From Yuukianura sp. NJ FZ-2021 (taxonomy: Eukaryota), in NCBI GenBank assembly GCA_046563655.1, contig CM102285.1:7688001-7752000 (forward strand): a stretch of 64,000 bases of DNA. The letters run 5' to 3'. Positions 20,012-33,320 of this stretch are shown here, in pieces. Made by a program: the position numbers and the translations under genes. The notes below the pieces were generated by a model. It searched no databases, was not told the DNA's origin, and worked only from the letters and a program-made list of their open reading frames with translations. Position 1 is the stretch's first letter. Each line of letters begins with the position of its first letter.

Positions 20012-23000
20012 TCAAAACCTTACAGCAGAGGAAGGTAGGAAAGTCCTTCCAGTGTACGGGGGTTGAGCATTATGGTTGATCTCGGACACGTTGAGACTGT
20101 TTACCCAATACAGATTGAGGATTGTTGCAGTACAGCGTAGTTCCAAAAAACCATTCCTAAGATGATGTCGTTCCACCACAAAATTGAACACCAAACAGAA
20201 TTTTCCAAACCGTTTGGTTCCAGTATCGGTTCGGATTCATTAACTTCTGCTTGCTCCAACTAGAATTAGCCATCAATTGTAAAATTAAAAAATACCACAT
20301 TTTGAAAGCGCTACTGCTTTGTTTTCTCTTTTCTACTGCACAAGCACGCAATCCAAACCACTTGGACATTTGGTCATAGGGTACATACTGTAATGTGTAA
20401 CCACATTTCTCAGATTTCCAAGCTCTTTTGAAATATGAAAAGTTTAACCAAGCAAAGTTTAAGATAACGAAGATTAACTTTCAAGCCATTTCTTGAGAGT
20501 TTTTTTTTCACTTTGACCCTCTAATTCCATGCCCCCATTTCCGCTCAAATCCTCGTAAGAAGCACAAAAAATCCACTGGGTTTTCAGATTAAACTTTTTA
20601 TGTCTTCTTCCTAATCTTCTCTCTGCTGATCCACATCCTTCTTCATCTCGCGTCCAGTCAAAAGAAAAAGAGAAAGTGGACGTGAGATAGGGACTGCAAC
20701 AGTGCCACTGTGGTGGTTCTGTTACCACCCAAACAGCTTTCCACGGCAAAACTCCGCGCTTTCCCTTTGTTTCGGTAGTTTTCTCCTAAGATAAATGATG
20801 TTGGGAACTGTGTCTGCCGGAGCAATCCCACGAGGGACGCCAAATCTGAAAACTTATTTCAAGGCAACTTTTGTTGTCTCAACTCAACGAGGAAGCGCAA
20901 TTTGTGACGAAAATGACTTAAAGTTTCTAACGACTGGGAAGCTTAATATTTTCCAAATAATTTGGTTTCGAAAATAGCATTATAAAGCGAATTCCATTCG
21001 TTTGCTTATTAGATAAAAATTTTGTACGTCGCTATGTTTGCCATGCCACATCGGATCTTGTAGGGTTTTTCATTGAATTGGATACAGATTAGCAAGGAAC
21101 GACGGAAGTGTGTTTCGAGGATGATTATTATTTCAGTATATTATTTCAGACCGATTTCCAATCTAATTGCGCAGATGAGTTTTCCATAGTCCGGGGGTGA
21201 TTAACTCATTTCCGGTTGGGCCGGAAGTGCATCACTTCCGGGTTTTGCACTCTAGCTATCTCTCTTGCTACTGCAATACTTGTACTGTTTGCATTCTAGC
21301 TACTTACGTATGGCGTTTACGACGTTTTATTAAGTAGCGAGTTGTATTAATTTATGGTTTTGCCCGTATCCAGGGTTCGAAGGGTGTTACTTTTGTTTTG
21401 AAACAAACGCTACTTTCGTGCGTTACTTTCGTAATTTTCGAAAGGCGTTTTGTACCTTTTCTACCTAACCATACAAATGCCGCGTGCGCCAGAGAAAAAA
21501 AAACGAAAGAAAGCTCGTGAGATAAAGGAAGGTTGTTCATGCAGTCCCGAGTTCTTTGTTCAATTTAGATTCTTCCCATTTCTGTTTTTTAATTCTTGAC
21601 ATCCGAGTTTAGCTCGACTAGTTATACCTATTTTAATCGTTTTAACGTAAGAATCGATTTAACCCGGAAAAATGCCGCGTAGTAAGAACCCGATCTGCCG
21701 CAATTTTGACACAGAACCTAGCCCGAATAAGCGATTTTCTCTTTGGATGACGACTAAAGACTAAATACTAATCCAAAGATTTTTCTGATGATTGAGCTGG
21801 TAGAGAAATTTAGACGAATTAAAACTTCAATTCACAATTAGTTATCGCTTCAGAAAAAAATTATAAACTAGGTTGGAGGCTGTCATGTAACTTACATATG
21901 TTACGAAAGTAACACATACTACGAAAGTAATGTAATTTTTTGCACAATTGCGTTTTTTTTCGAGCCCTAGCTGTGTCTGCCAGTCTGTCTGTCTGTCCTT
22001 CCGTCCGTTTTTCTGACAACTAGTGTCTGGAACTCCATCTCTGGATTTTATCTGTATACACAGATCGATGCCCCAAGGTCTGGAGTTGAACAAGTGGTTT
22101 TCGGTTTGGTCGGAAGTGGCTAACATCCGGGTCAAGGTCAAGCTCAATTACTGTTTTGACGGGAATCGACAAAATGACAGCTACATAAGCTGTTCATCTC
22201 ATTGAGACAAACAACTTTTCTTTTGGTGACCTTGACATTTGACTACGGTTCCCGAGACAGAGTTCACAATTTGCAAAATGCGTCATCCGTATGCGCATCT
22301 GTCATCCTATGCGCGTCTAGAACTCTAGAATCTCGCATGTGACGTTTATATGGCCTGCGGGTGACTAATTCGATTCCCGAATCACCCACACAAACCTTTT
22401 TTTTCCATCTGTTCAATAGAGACGGTGAGTGAAACGTACTCTGACCCTAGAAACGTATTTTCGACCGTAGCGGTACCTTTAAAATCCGTTCTACAGAATT
22501 TTTTACAAATCCGCGAAACATGTCTCTGGAACGGATTCTGACTGTAGGGCTCGTGACAAACAGCAGAAGTAACAATTCATTTCCTCTAACTCATAACTCG
22601 TTCAGAACAAGTTTTGACCACCGCTGTCTATGTTCACACTCAGGCTATATTTTCAGAACAAAGATAGCGATGTTTTCAACGTGCTCAGAACGAAGCTAGC
22701 GATGTTTAGAAAATATTCCGAACAAAAGCCAGCGACGTTCAGAACAAGTTCAAAACAGCCATAACGATGTTTATATTAAGATGTCTATAACGCATCGACA
22801 AGCTCGATTCATTTTGTTTTTGTTTCACTTTGTTTGGGACATTGCCTTTAAACGCACCCTCATGAGCCTACAATACTTGTACTGTAGCTGTAATCGTTTT
22901 CTAGAATCAGAGTAAGTTACACTCACTGTTTCTAATAGCTCAAGCATCAAAGGCCACTTCTTACCAATTATGGTCATTAACCCCGTGCCATACGGTGCCT

Positions 23001-24254
23001 GAAAAGTTCCCTCCGCCATGGCTTCACACTTGTACAAACCGCCAGAGCTTAGCGTCAAGTTCCTCAGAACTAACTGATTGAAATTAGGTCTTGACAACTG
23101 AAACGGAACATATGGAAAAAGTTATTTAATAAGAGAATTCAGACTAACCTAACCGACCTGAAGCTAGCGGAACGCACCACTCCTTTTCTTTTCTGGTTTA
23201 CCCTAGCCTTCCTTTCCTTTCGTGAATAGAGCAGAAATGGAAGGAAAATAAACCAGTTGAAGTGAAAGTAGCAATTCCCCTTTCACTTACCACTTGGCAG
23301 AGAGCCTTCACTTTCTTATTTTCCTTTGTCTGTCCCGTTTTAATACATATTGTGGAATTGAGTGGGATATGGTCAGGTCGTGTTACGCTAAAAGTTGTTA
23401 GGTTTTAGGATAGGCTATGGAGGAAGCGGCGTTAAAATAGACGCAGAAATTTGGAACTATCTCTTCTTTCCGCTGTTTGTAAAGAATTTTTGTCACTGTT
23501 TCTTTTGTAATAAGCCTGTTTCTGTCTTTACTCACTTCGACGACAACTCCTTCTGCCGGGAACGTCAGGATTGGCTGGGGTGATTCTGGAGTGAAACGGT
23601 AAAATTCTTCGTCATTTTTGTACCACTTCAGAAAAAGAAGTTTGTCAGAAGGGAGTGAAGAAAATTCACAACTCAGCAACGCAGAGCCGCCCATCATCCC
23701 GTACCTCGGAATTGTCACGTTCCGGAGGTTCAATCCAAGCCCAGTTGCTTCCAAAATCGGATAGGAAAAACCAGAACAACAAGCTTTAGAAAAATTCTCG
23801 TATGAGAACTGTTTTGGAATCAAGCGATAGGAGAATCAGTCAAGGCAACACGCCGTATTACAGAAAACGTATGGTTTATAACTGTTACATTGTTTACAAA
23901 AATGAGTAACCTTCACCCAAACTGTAAAATAAAACGCTGATGTATTTACATTTGAATCCGTAGTTTTTAGCAAACTTTAGTAAAGGCTAGCGTTTAATCA
24001 GAGAATTTAATGTTCACACAATATTAACAAAAAAGAAATAAAAAGTTGAGGAGATAATATTTCTAATTCATTCATCACTAGAATACTAAAAAACAATAAT
24101 CATAAATACACTAAGAAAAAGTGATACAAGTAAGTGCTACGGTAGAGGGTAGAGTCAGTATAAACGTAAGTGGGAAAATGTCAATAATTCACTTACGAAA
24201 TTGAAATCGACAAAATACAGCAAACACTGCTAGAACATCGAATGCTGATTTCAT
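20012..24254 (-). pseudogene. Beat-family Ig-domain gene, paralogue 1, probably decayed (exons 24197-24254, 23536-23747, 22965-23097, about 20024-20259)
   Basis: Signal peptide exon MKSAFDVLAVFAVFCRFQF; Ig1 motifs LLSCEF..LKWYKNDEEFYRF and LRNLTLSSGGLYKCEA with matching intron phases. The Ig2 C-terminal exon has a 1-nt frameshift at about 20194. I could not find the NCTS..FYIN exon. Confidence 0.7.
21960..22815. mobile_element. Helitron/DINE-like interspersed repeat copy with a terminal array of about 28-bp units
   Basis: (GTCT)n/TCCG start, CCGGGTCAAGGTCAAG and AACAACTTT motifs shared with 50921-51177 and 56076-56400; CAGAACAAAG.TAGCGATGTT units at 22640-22790. Confidence 0.55.
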
Positions 24255-25592
24255 TGTTTCATTTCTCTTCTGGTCGCGGCAAACTATTACAGTATATTGC
24301 GCGAAGTTTTAAATTCCGGGGTCACATGTCACATACCTTACTTGCTTCGACCTCAAACAAATCTATGTAAATTAATCAAGTTAAATGTAGCCGCTGTATT
24401 ATTGAGGCAACAGGTCTTTACGAATGATAAAGCAAGTTGCAACTTCCTACTGTCAACCCAAACGAATTACCTAATGACTTTATTTACTTTTTCAAACTGT
24501 AATTTTGTTTTTTTTTCAACAACTCTCGATTATTGTTATGAAACTGCGTTTTGTGTCAAAGCCAATTTTTGAATAAAACTTCCTTACGACCATAACCAAC
24601 CGTCCACTTTCACTTCCTGATCGCAACTGCTTTCATTGTAAACGCCCGTTCCGTCCTGACGATTCGGTTAGATGGATACTGACGCTGAGGAAAGGGCGAA
24701 CCAACTGACGTCTGCTGTGTTCCGCGTCATCAAGAAACGGAAGATAGAAGAAAGCGCATGAGATAATACGTTGTAATAAACCCAACTCGTTTCAACCTTC
24801 ACATAAATTATTGCCAATATTACTTCTTATAAATATTCTGTTTTTTTTATACATCGAAGCAAGCCACACCCCATATCACCCACGTCTGTTTTTTTTTCCG
24901 TGGGACAGACTATTCGGGTTGGCAAAAAACGTTTCATTGTTCAGGAAGAAGAGGCACTTATCCATACACTATGTTCCTATTGTTCCGAAGACACTGGGAA
25001 GATAGAAGGATAAAATGAAGGATTTAATATGTCATGTCACAGGGCAATATTGAAAATGAAACTACTCCGCAATTTTGTGCTTTTGCTGCTAACCATTGAT
25101 ACGGAAAAGAAAATAAATGGAACAATAATGCAAAATGCAACTCGGTAAACCCGCAAACCGAAAAATGGAAGGAACCCGATCAGAAATCTAGCCAACCAAA
25201 CGAGGAAGGAAAACGCTGTTCCCATTAAATTTTGAACAAAAAACATGCTTTCTACCACTTTCTTATTCTTTCTTCCTGAAGCCGGCGACACACTTTCTTT
25301 CAAAAGACCATCAGCGCATTTTGAATCTCCATTTTTCTGCCTAAACTTTACATGTGCTTAGGGAAGCAGGCAGTGGGATGGAATTTTCAAAATGTGAGCC
25401 TTCTTTGAAAAGTGAAACTAATTCCCCACCAGAACCAAAACTTCTGGGAAAAGGCAGACAAAGTCCAGTGATGCTTCAAAGCTTCTAGGTCTTGTACGCG
25501 CTTTTATTTGACTATACCACGCTTCCGTGGCGGCAAAATAGTACCAAGCGTTCTTACAAAGTGTTATTACGAAAACTACAAACCATGATGAC

Positions 25593-26715
25593 CAAACCCC
25601 GGAAAACGACGTAAAAACTTTTTTAGCACTTTTAGCACTTTGCGGACTTTTAAAAACTTAAAAAAGTTTTTAAAACTTTTTTGACCATAAAAACTTTTTT
25701 AGAACTTTTTTCTTTAAATATGTCAAAATATGCCAATTTTTTAGCAAAAATGACAAAATTTTGCGTAATATTTCATATAGTGAAGAGTTTTAAGTCGAAA
25801 CACATGTCATGGGGGCCCATTCCACCAAAAAAACCCTCTTTTTTTTTTGCATAAAACGATTGGAAATTACTTAAGACGCCTTAAAAATTGAAAAGGAAGA
25901 CTTTTTTTTCGAAAATGTATTTTAAAAAAGGATTTCCTACCGGATCCGAAAAATTACGGGTCCGGTTTCAACTTTAAGAAAAAAATTTTTCTTTCTCGCT
26001 AAAGCAACGTATTACAGTGTCAAAATCAGTATTGCTGGATATCCACTTTTTTGACATTTCATCCACGGCTGGATATCCAGTGGAAGAAATGGATGAAACC
26101 GAAAAGGTGGAGGTAGACCCAAAAGGGTGGAGTTACACCAGCGGTTTTGGATTGTTTTAAATTTAACGAATAGAATAAATTCAAATAAGCGCCGAAAAAA
26201 AACGGAAAATTGTGTTAAAATATATTTAATTTAGAGTAATTAAATAATTGATATTTAATTACATTATTTTATAATTTATAATCTAAATTTATTTGAAATT
26301 TGCGCTTATTGCCTAAACTCAGCTCAGCTGATTTCTTCCATCCACCGTCCAGTAGGACCTCATTTCATCCACTGGATATCCAATGGAAGTAGCAAGTAAG
26401 CCACTGCACGTTTAAGCATCTAGCAACACTGGTCAAAATGAGATTTAAGTATGTTTCAGACCGGACAAAAGTGAATTTATTTTCTTGATGGGAAGGGTTC
26501 CACATTCCCTTAATTTTCGGAACTTTGAAATGTGATTGGCTTTGCATTTTGAGCTTGTCACATGAAATAGAGAGCAATTAATTAGTGATATTTTTTAATT
26601 TTTGGGACATGTCACAAATTTTTTTAGAACTTTTTCGAGACTTTTTAGACCAATTTTTAAGGACTTTTTAAGTGCTTAAAACGCCTTTTTTTGGAGCGTA
26701 CTTTTCCGAGGTTTG
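25593..26715. mobile_element. Non-autonomous DNA transposon (hAT- or P-like, 8-bp TSD)
   Basis: TIRs CAAACCCCGGAAAA / TTTTCCGAGGTTTG; exact TSD ATGATGAC at 25585-25592 and 26716-26723. Confidence 0.85.
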
Positions 26716-27980
26716 ATGATGACGGTTTAACACAAACTGTTTCTGTTTGAAAATTCCAAAAGAGCACAACCAAAATTGTTCCCAATTAAATGAAAGGTGA
26801 TCAATGGTTTCGGGAGAAAGTAACGCACATTACGGAAAAAGAAAACTTTTTACTGTCCGCTCTCCATACTATACACAATGGTAGGAAAATTGCACGCCCC
26901 CCTCATTCCCCAAGTATGGTGAAACTGAAACATTGTAAGTTTTTGGGTAGAGGTGATGATGAGCAGAGATCCCAAAAACATGTTGTCCCCATGCCCGTAA
27001 TGTTAACAAAATAAATATTTCGGGCTTTTTTGTTTGTAATTATTTATTGATTTTACCATGCCCTTAATGTTAAAAATACAAATATTTCAACGTATGCCAA
27101 TAAATATTTTAAATATATAAATATTTCGGCAATCTTTAGGAAACACTTCTTGATGAGGAAGATGAAACTGCATCGACCTATCAATCACTCTGACATCTAG
27201 TCAGCACTACACTGCTTTCCAGCGTAAAACGCGGAACATGCAAGGTATTTCACAGGTTCCGCTACATGTGTTTGGTAAAATCGTTTTTTAAATACTGGAC
27301 AGTTTTGCAAAATACAAAACAAAACACGACACAAGAATACAAATTGATTTGGCTTTTTCAGAAATCTCTGGGATTGATGATTGTGTGTTGAATATTGGTC
27401 GTTCCTGCGTTTATAGAACATGACTTTTCTTTATTAAAAAAAGTTTGAGCTATTTCGAAAATGAGAAAATATGTTTAGGTAGGAGGAGACGGTGGTTCAG
27501 TAGATGTGGATATTACTGCATGAACGGAGAAAGTTTGTGGGACTTTTATCACATATTCGCTGTCTCAAGCCATGGCATAACCGCCTGGATACTGCTAAAA
27601 GCTAGATCAATGAGGAAGTTAATCCTGAAAGTGATTAATTACTTTTAAAAACTTTCTTTTTGCTTTGCCGCTTCACCTCTCGACTTATTTCCAAAAACTA
27701 AACAAAGTGAGAAGAGGAGCTCGAGCTCACCTTTCCCAGAGATTTAGTATATGAAAAAGTGAAAGTTAATATTTTCGCAAAATATTGTACCAAACGATCA
27801 CAATGGATTAAAACATCGAGGCAAATTGTAAATCACATTCTTTAATTTGAACTCCCAGTTGTACTTTTGTGTTTGAGTAATTTGGCCTCATGGGCTTGGG
27901 ACCCGAAGTGGCCGTAATAAATATAGTTTAAAAAAATTGTAAATCTTCAACATATTCTGACTATGTTTGTCAGTCTGGAC

Positions 27981-29517
27981 CAGTGGTGGGAACCTGCGCG
28001 GATAACCTGCAGGTCATTGCAGATTATGGTGTATTTTGCGGAATACTATGTTATAAAAAAGGAAAACTCCGAAAATCAACCGAAAAACAGTATTCTGGCA
28101 ACAAAACCACATATTTTTTGTTTCGGATTAAAACATTTGTATCAGTTTGTACAAAAGTTTAAAGTTTTGCCGTTGAGATGGTGAAATTGGCAGATCTGCT
28201 TCAACTAGCAATGGGTGTTTCGAATGATAAAAAATTTTCTTTCAGGCATCTCCCAGATTTGAGCTATTTTATAACTCCTAACAGTGTTCATAAATAAGCA
28301 GTATGATTTAGTGGCGCTGCGTACATTGCTAGCCGCAGTAATTAGTATCAATTAGAATTAGTAAAAAACTAAAATACACCAAACCGGCTACGTTAACTGG
28401 AGTTAGATCTATTGTTCTCTGGCAAGGTAACCTGCATCATATGCAGGTCCCACAGGTTTCACAAACCAGCTAGACCTGCAGGCTGGACAGGCTACACAAG
28501 CTACAGGCGCAGGTGTATGGAGGGGCATTAACGACTTTAAATATTATTTATTTATTTTACATTTTTAAATCAATTTTTTCTTTAATATACAAAAAAAATT
28601 CAAAAACAAAAAAGAGGTTTTTAAAAAAATATTTTTTTTTGTATTTTAAAATAATTTTTTACATTTAAAAATATTTTTCTATACTTAAACTATTTTTTTT
28701 ATATTTTAAAAAAAAATCTGTACAGAAATGTTTTTTTTTCATCAAAAAAGTTTTTTTTTCATAATAAAAAAAAAACTTTGTTTTTGGCCACAAAAATATA
28801 TTTGTGGGACGCAGTGCAAATAAAAAAACTTTTTAAATAACAACTCAAGGTTGTGACGTCATAAGCCAGGATTCGGTGGTCTTACGTGAAGGTTCATTTC
28901 GTCCTTTGTCTCCCTCTTCTCCATCCACTGCTCTGCCCCGGTGCCAAGCCAACTTGAGATGTGGCGTGGAGACAAGAGCAGCTTAATGGTAAAGGGAAAC
29001 CAGGAGAGGAATGGGTGGGTGGGTGAACACGAACAGAACAATATGTTGGCAACGGGGCAGAGGAGCAGAAGGAGAAGAGGGAGACAAAGGACGAAGGGAA
29101 CCTTCACGTAAGACCACCGAATCCTGGCTTATGACGTCACAGCCATGAGTTGTTATTTAGAAAGTTTTTTTATGCACTGTGTCCCACATTTATATTTTTG
29201 TGGCCAAAAATAAAGTTTTTTTTTTCATTATAAAAAAAAAACTTTTTAGACAAAAAAAAACATTTCTGTACATAATTTTTTTTAAAATATAGAAAAATAG
29301 TTTAAATATTGAAAAATATTTTTAAACGTAAAAAATTATTTTAAAATACAAACAAAAAATATTTTTTTAAAAACTTTTTTTTGTTTTTGGATCTTTTTTT
29401 ATATTAAAGGATAAATTTATTTAAAAATGTAAAATAAATAAATAAGATTTAAAGTCGTCAATACCCCTCCATACAGGTGACACAGGTTTAAAAAATTTGC
29501 GCAGGTTCCCACCACTT
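27981..29517. mobile_element. hAT-type non-autonomous element
   Basis: TIRs CAGTGGTGGGAACCTGCGC / GCGCAGGTTCCCACCACTT; exact 8-bp TSD GTCTGGAC at 27973-27980 and 29518-29525. Confidence 0.88.
28516..29473. mobile_element. Large foldback element (about 430-bp arms) nested in the hAT element
   Basis: TATGGAGGGG...CCCCTCCATA ends; arms pair inward to about 28947/29046; flanked by direct CAGGTG (28510-28515 and 29474-29479). Confidence 0.88.
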
Positions 29518-30435
29518 GTCTGGACATAGGCCCTAAAGCAGTAGAGTGGGCTGACACGCTGTACGGTGTCATTGTTCCCTTTAACTAATACTTTGTACTA
29601 AACCTACTCTACCACACTGTATGCAAACTGAAGCATGAAACACACTGCAATTTTTTGACTAACCTAACTTACACCCTGCTTTAATCGATTTAGTGTTAGG
29701 TTAGGCAAAATAGCCACATAAACTGCGGGGTACAATTAGGGTAATATAACGGCTTTCCGCCCGGGAAGTTTGGGGACTATTCCTCTGAAAGAAGGTTGAA
29801 GTGCACTATGTACTTCGCCATTGTTCCGTTTAGTTTACGTTTGTCTACGTATTGTATCCGAAAAGCATGCAAACTGAAAACAAAGTACATTTTTAATCTA
29901 AGTTATAAGGAGGCTTTGTGAATGCCTTTATTGCCTTCCGATGCAAGGAGCATGAGCATGGTAAAACCAGTGACATTTTGGTTATGCTTGAAAAACTGGA
30001 AGGAAACGTGTTCACAAACATTTCTCCAACCACAGATTTTTTCTATCTTCTGAAGTTTTTCTCCTCTCTCATGAAAAACTGAAAAGGCGAAGATTTCGTT
30101 GAAGTAAAGCGGAATTGCATCCCCTGTACCCGTCTGCCAATTCTTAATCGGAAGGGTTTCGATTTGACTTTAGCCTGTCAAGTTGGCTACTTACGCAATA
30201 GCCTAGTTATACTATATGCAAATATGTATGTTCAAATAAACAATGATGCAATAAGCTATTAAACTTTAAGCTATTAAACCAATGACGACTATCTATATTC
30301 TGGCTCTGACACTCTCCATTGTTCTTAGCCTTGAGCGGCGCTTTAATTTACCAAGAAAAAATAAAACCAAGCTTCTCACTGCTGACTGACTAGCTTACCG
30401 TAAAGCGCTAGAAACAATTTTCTCAGAACTTCACC

Positions 30436-30845
30436 ATGGAGCTCAAACTGTTAATTCTCGCATCCTCAATTGTTTTACTTCCAAGCGGAAACTGTCACGG
30501 TATGTCATAGCGACATTACTTTATTCAACGTATCATAGCAGTAATAATGATAACGAGATATTATGGACAAGGTAAATTAATATTCAGGTGCATGTTTGTT
30601 TACCAACTCATCCTCCAAGTCCAACTCTAATTTCAGAGTTCAAATGTCCAGCCTTGGACTACTGCAGTTCGCCATGCCTGTTTCCAGATGACCACAACTG
30701 CAACGGATATATACAGTGTGTGCCAAACTATGATGGAACAATGCATCCTGTTCATTTCAATTGTCGTTCCGGTAAGGAATGGAACGACAACAATAAAAAG
30801 TGTGGTGATCCCGAAGAGTCTACCTGTAAAACTAAACGTCGGTAG
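30436..30845 (+). CDS. Small secreted chitin-binding (CBM14/ChtBD2) protein with 8 Cys, Avr4-like; exons 30436-30499 and 30637-30845
   Basis: Signal peptide MELKLLILASSIVLLPSGNCH, a phase-1 GT-AG intron, then EFKCPALDYCSSPCLFPDDHNCNGYIQCVPNYDGTMHPVHFNCRSGKEWNDNNKKCGDPEESTC. AATAAA at about 30904. Confidence 0.88.
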
Positions 30846-30999
30846 CACGCCTTCACCTTCGCAAATCAAAACTTTGCAACAACTAAACACCAATTACGTT
30901 TTAAATAAAAAATCCAAACCAGGAAAAATTGTATAGCTGTGACTTGCGCGAAAATTTTCTAGTATGAAGGATGGTGCACACAGTAAACAAATGTGAGCA

Positions 31000-31295
31000 C
31001 ATAATCGCTAATTGGCCGCAAATCACGCACGCGAATTTCTTGGTTTGTCTTTCCGTCTGTCTGTCTGTTCGAAATTACTATCTGAAAAATTACTCGTGCG
31101 ATTTCATTCCAGTTTTCATCAATGACCATGTCATAACCCGCCCGTGTGTCAAGGTCAAGGTCAACCGGTTTTATCCCCAGTAACATGGAAAATGACATCT
31201 ACGAAAGTTGTTCACCTCATCGGGACCAACCACTTTCGTGTGTAATGGGTGACACTAGGTCACCTGCTTCCGGGTCGAAATCGATTTCGAAGGTT
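31000..31295. mobile_element. Helitron/DINE-like repeat fragment
   Basis: (GTCT)n, GTCAAGGTCAAGGTCAACCGG, AAAGTTGTTC; inverted homologue of 7390-7695. Confidence 0.55.
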
Positions 31296-33320
31296 ACCAT
31301 CCCATGTTCGATGCCATCAAGGTAGTGTTTGTCTGATTAATACTAATAATGCTGCTCAGAGTGAAAGTGGCAGTGAATTTTACAATAACGTAATATTTGA
31401 CTTCGAAAAGAAACGGGAGCCAAGGACTGCTACGCGCGCGCCAGCACGAGCGCCAACCTAAACAGTTGAACACCCTTGAATTTCCCTATTTCAATACAGC
31501 AAAAGTTATGATTTCTATCTACAAAAATTTAAACAAAAAAGTGTTAGAAAATAACAAACAAGAATCATCATAGAATTTAAAGTTGATTGAAGGCTGGATT
31601 GATTGAATGACCACGATTTCCAGTATTAAGCAAATTACTTTATCTCTGATTTAGAACTCAGCCTTGGTGTTTCGTAATTAAGCGACGCTTGAATAAAGTC
31701 AAGCTATGTCTAAAAAAAAACGCTCAAACCAATAAACCATGTAGTCTTTTGTCTTTTTTACAACAAAAAGAAACCAACAAAGTTATATTATAAACGTTAT
31801 AGTTTACAGGTATGGCGGCTTCCAAATTCCTGTATAATTTTACTTTGATAATTTGATACCTTTGTAAATGTCGGAAGCTGTTAAGTTTGTTAGCTTTAAC
31901 ACGATTTTATGGGAAGTGGAAACTCAAGCAGAATTCTATGATGGAAGCTGCTCAGAAGTGTTTTAGACGGAAGGTGAAAACGGAGGGGAAAAGTTCCGTC
32001 AAAAGGAAGTGACGATGCTCTCTGCAAGGACTAACAAAATTAGTTTAGCTAAAACCCACTAATAACCACAGCTAAAAATTTGAAAATGAAAAAAGAGAAG
32101 AATGAGCTTCTTTCTTGACAACCGTAAATTATTGCTGCATATTATAATTTTCACTGTGTAGTAACATGCTATTCACTCGATGAGACTTTCCTACAGAAAA
32201 TGTTCGGTACCAACGTTTTAAGCCATTCTGTCGCAGCGTTGTCTACCTTTAGCTTATTTTCAAGCAGCTTCGAAACATCAAGTTAAGTTTCTCATAGGTT
32301 ACGCTTAAAAAATATATATCAGGTTAATTCACACTTCTAAACTCGAAACGGTGATGTTTTTAATATTGCTGGCAAAACAAAATGGCTGGAATGAAGCAAT
32401 GGGCAGAAAATTCTGCCGACTTGGCAACTTTCTCCTCATTACTTCCCAGGGCACAAGTGCTTTCTCCAGTAATAACTTTCGTCTGCGCTCCAGCAGAAGA
32501 CTCAAGTAGAGGCTGGGGAAAGTTCAGCGGAAACGCGGCGGGTTTGAATGTTTGCGGGGAAAGCAAAGGCTGTTAAGAGAGCAAGCGTTGAGACGCTGGG
32601 ATCCGCCTCTAACGGATCCACCGTCGCTTTCTAAATCTAGTGGAACTAAAATCTAGAATCTGAAAACCACGCACACGTTCCAGGATCTCAAAAAGAAGGG
32701 GATTTCGAAGTGAAAGTTGATCACTTCCAAAGTCAGTGTCAGTTCTGCTTTTCAGACGACTGGAACCACCGACTGTTCCAAAAACCACCAAGTGTCGTTG
32801 CTTCAACGAATTAAAAGGGCAATAGGTTTGAAAAGTAAAGGTTGTCATTCTAATGTAGTGGACCTGCCTTGGTGGTGTTAGAGGAAAAGTTGGAACCGAT
32901 AAAAGCTACAAGTCTTGAAGCTTGTCACAAAACCAAGTGTGGTGGTGTGGTAAGCATTCGTTATGCAGACAGTGAAATTTTGGATTTCTGACTTTTTCGA
33001 AACCGCTTTTAGTTTTGTGGTTGCAAACTATGAACAGTGAAAAACAATTGTACTCTGCTCGGATTCGATGATTCGAGTAAATTAGCTAAAATGCATTTCA
33101 ATTCCATTTTGGATTTCATATTTAATTTTAGAAACTTGGTTTCAAATTAAACAAAGTCACTGAAATTTATTTGAAAGAACGTGGCGCAGTGATTACAACG
33201 AACCCGTGGACAAAAATACCGCCTCTGTTCGCTCGTATAGTTTTATTCCAATATTTTGAACAGAAAACAAAGGCAAACGCTGGAAAAATATTTTTCAAGA
33301 AATCGCATTTGCAGACGAAT

